Assembly: GCA_900299055.1 (NCBI GenBank)
Contig: OMII01000059.1
Span: forward strand, 1 to 46,053
From: Pseudomonadota bacterium
Lineage (GTDB): Bacteria > Bdellovibrionota_C > UBA2361 > OMII01
Direction of reading: 5' to 3'
Length of the DNA stretch: 46,053 nt
A program made the translations under genes and the position numbers. The notes beneath the pieces are model-generated. The model saw nothing but the letters and a program-made list of their open reading frames with translations, made no database searches and had not been told where the DNA came from. Shown piece by piece: positions 45,307 to 46,053 of this stretch (positions within the stretch are counted from its first letter, which is position 1; every line of letters begins with the position of its first letter).

Positions 45307-46023
45307 TCAGTGGCGTCTGCGAGTGTGAAATGGTCTCTGCGGGTGATCGTGATGCTCGTGCACTGAATGCTCTGAGTCAAGCATGGTCTTTAGTATCTGA
45401 GCTCTTTGCGTATCCTCTCGGGAGAATCCTGTAATTTCTAGGAGGCTAATCAGCTCATGGAGCAGGGGCGAGCGTTTGTAAGAGCCAGCTTTGAGATTTT
45501 TCGGCGCTATTGTGCGCACTTTTGTCCAAAGGGTTAGAAGCATGACGATTCTTTCACGCTCCTTTCGGGGCACCATCAGATGAGTGAAGCATTCGCTTAA
45601 ACGCTCGTTTAGATCGGCCGATGTCGTGATTGACTCCGCTAGGTCACGCAGCCAAATCGAATCGCCAGAGGCAAAGAGGCCGATAATAGAGAGCACAACG
45701 GTGGGCGAGATGTCGGCCCCTTCCACGATAGCGTCATCTATCTTTTCCATGCAGATACTAAAATCGCTCTCAGCGGAAAGGAGTCGCCCACTGTTTTCTA
45801 ATAGTTCAGGAAGTAGGTGCTCGAGGAGCCCAGTTTCTCCGAGAAGTGATAAAATTGTCAGAAAACATCCAGACGTGAGATCTTTTTTAAGTTCATCAAA
45901 AACTCGAACTTGCGAGCTTTGATTGATCAACTGGGCGTTGGCAACGATGGAGGACCAGCATTGGGGATCGATATGGAACCCGTTTCGTGCTGAGTGTCTC
46001 ACCACACGAAGCATACGCACTGG
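45307..46023 (-). CDS. Poly(A) polymerase / CCA-adding enzyme family protein, C-terminal part (5' end truncated by the contig end)
   Basis: The reading frame stays open to the contig end. It begins ..DPVRMLRVVRHSARNGFHI, the DPxRxLRAxRF motif that links the head and RNA-binding regions of this family. The tail is His-rich (HEHHDHPQRPFHTRRRH). Confidence 0.7.
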   Translation of the reverse strand, partial: PVRMLRVVRHSARNGFHIDPQCWSSIVANAQLINQSSQVRVFDELKKDLTSGCFLTILSLLGETGLLEHLLPELLENSGRLLSAESDFSICMEKIDDAIVEGADISPTVVLSIIGLFASGDSIWLRDLAESITTSADLNERLSECFTHLMVPRKERERIVMLLTLWTKVRTIAPKNLKAGSYKRSPLLHELISLLEITGFSREDTQRAQILKTMLDSEHSVHEHHDHPQRPFHTRRRH

Positions 46024-46025
46024 GT

Positions 46026-46053
46026 CTGTCTCTTATACACATCTCCGAGCCCA
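46026..46053. other. Nextera transposase adapter read-through (non-biological)
   Basis: CTGTCTCTTATACACATCT (19-nt mosaic end) followed by CCGAGCCCA. This equals the first 28 nt of the standard Nextera adapter CTGTCTCTTATACACATCTCCGAGCCCACGAGAC. Confidence 0.9.

Noticed and set aside
1-46053. A search by eye for tRNA/rRNA genes, CRISPR repeat arrays, transposase or integrase genes, terminal inverted repeats, and long direct repeats.
   Set aside because: None was found. Intergenic regions contain only isolated hairpins and palindromes. The window looks like core chromosome rather than a mobile or defense island. A proper tRNA, covariance-model and repeat scan was not possible here.

Overview
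This 46,053-bp window looks like a chromosomal contig fragment from a flagellated diderm bacterium. Supporting genes are the FlgI P-ring protein, LptB, a TonB-dependent receptor, lipobox lipoproteins and sigma-54. About 45 protein genes can be supported. I saw no rRNA, tRNA, CRISPR array, transposase or integrase. Gene order: (1) A late flagellar block, flgI'-flgJ(rod-binding only)-flgM-flgN-flgK-flgL, with a well-spaced sigma-54 promoter in front of flgK. It runs without a break into a GT2 glycosyltransferase, a BshB1-like PIG-L deacetylase and a 491-aa BshC-like protein. (2) A minimal M50 protease with a textbook terminator, then a Q/Y/N-rich secreted protein made of two Cys-bracketed repeats. 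(3) Amidohydrolase, mmsA, a URC1-type GTP-cyclohydrolase-II-like gene and upp. upp carries an in-frame TAA at a conserved Glu codon. (4) An ABC exporter pair, gntK, trmB, an SPFH protein, a TerC protein, glk, a GT4 glucan-synthase-like gene with GH57, an SDR, a CPBP protease, an orphan protein and a 925-aa GH63-like glucosidase. (5) A glycine-zipper lipoprotein, an M42 peptidase, a beta-carbonic anhydrase, and a Fur-family regulator translationally coupled to a TonB-dependent receptor. (6) On the minus strand, pcnB/cca-like(partial)-lptB-[3.9-kb insert]-rpoN-[374-bp spacer]-hpf-rapZ-metK. The insert carries a CsgG-like lipoprotein module plus a divergent P-loop kinase. The last 28 nt of the window are Nextera adapter, so the contig end is artificial. 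The most promising candidates for undescribed biology are the flagellar-operon-linked GT2/BshB-like/BshC-like triad, the CsgG-like module that splits lptB from rpoN, and the URC-like pyrimidine cluster with its interrupted upp. All functional calls come from reading motifs by eye. No database search was run.
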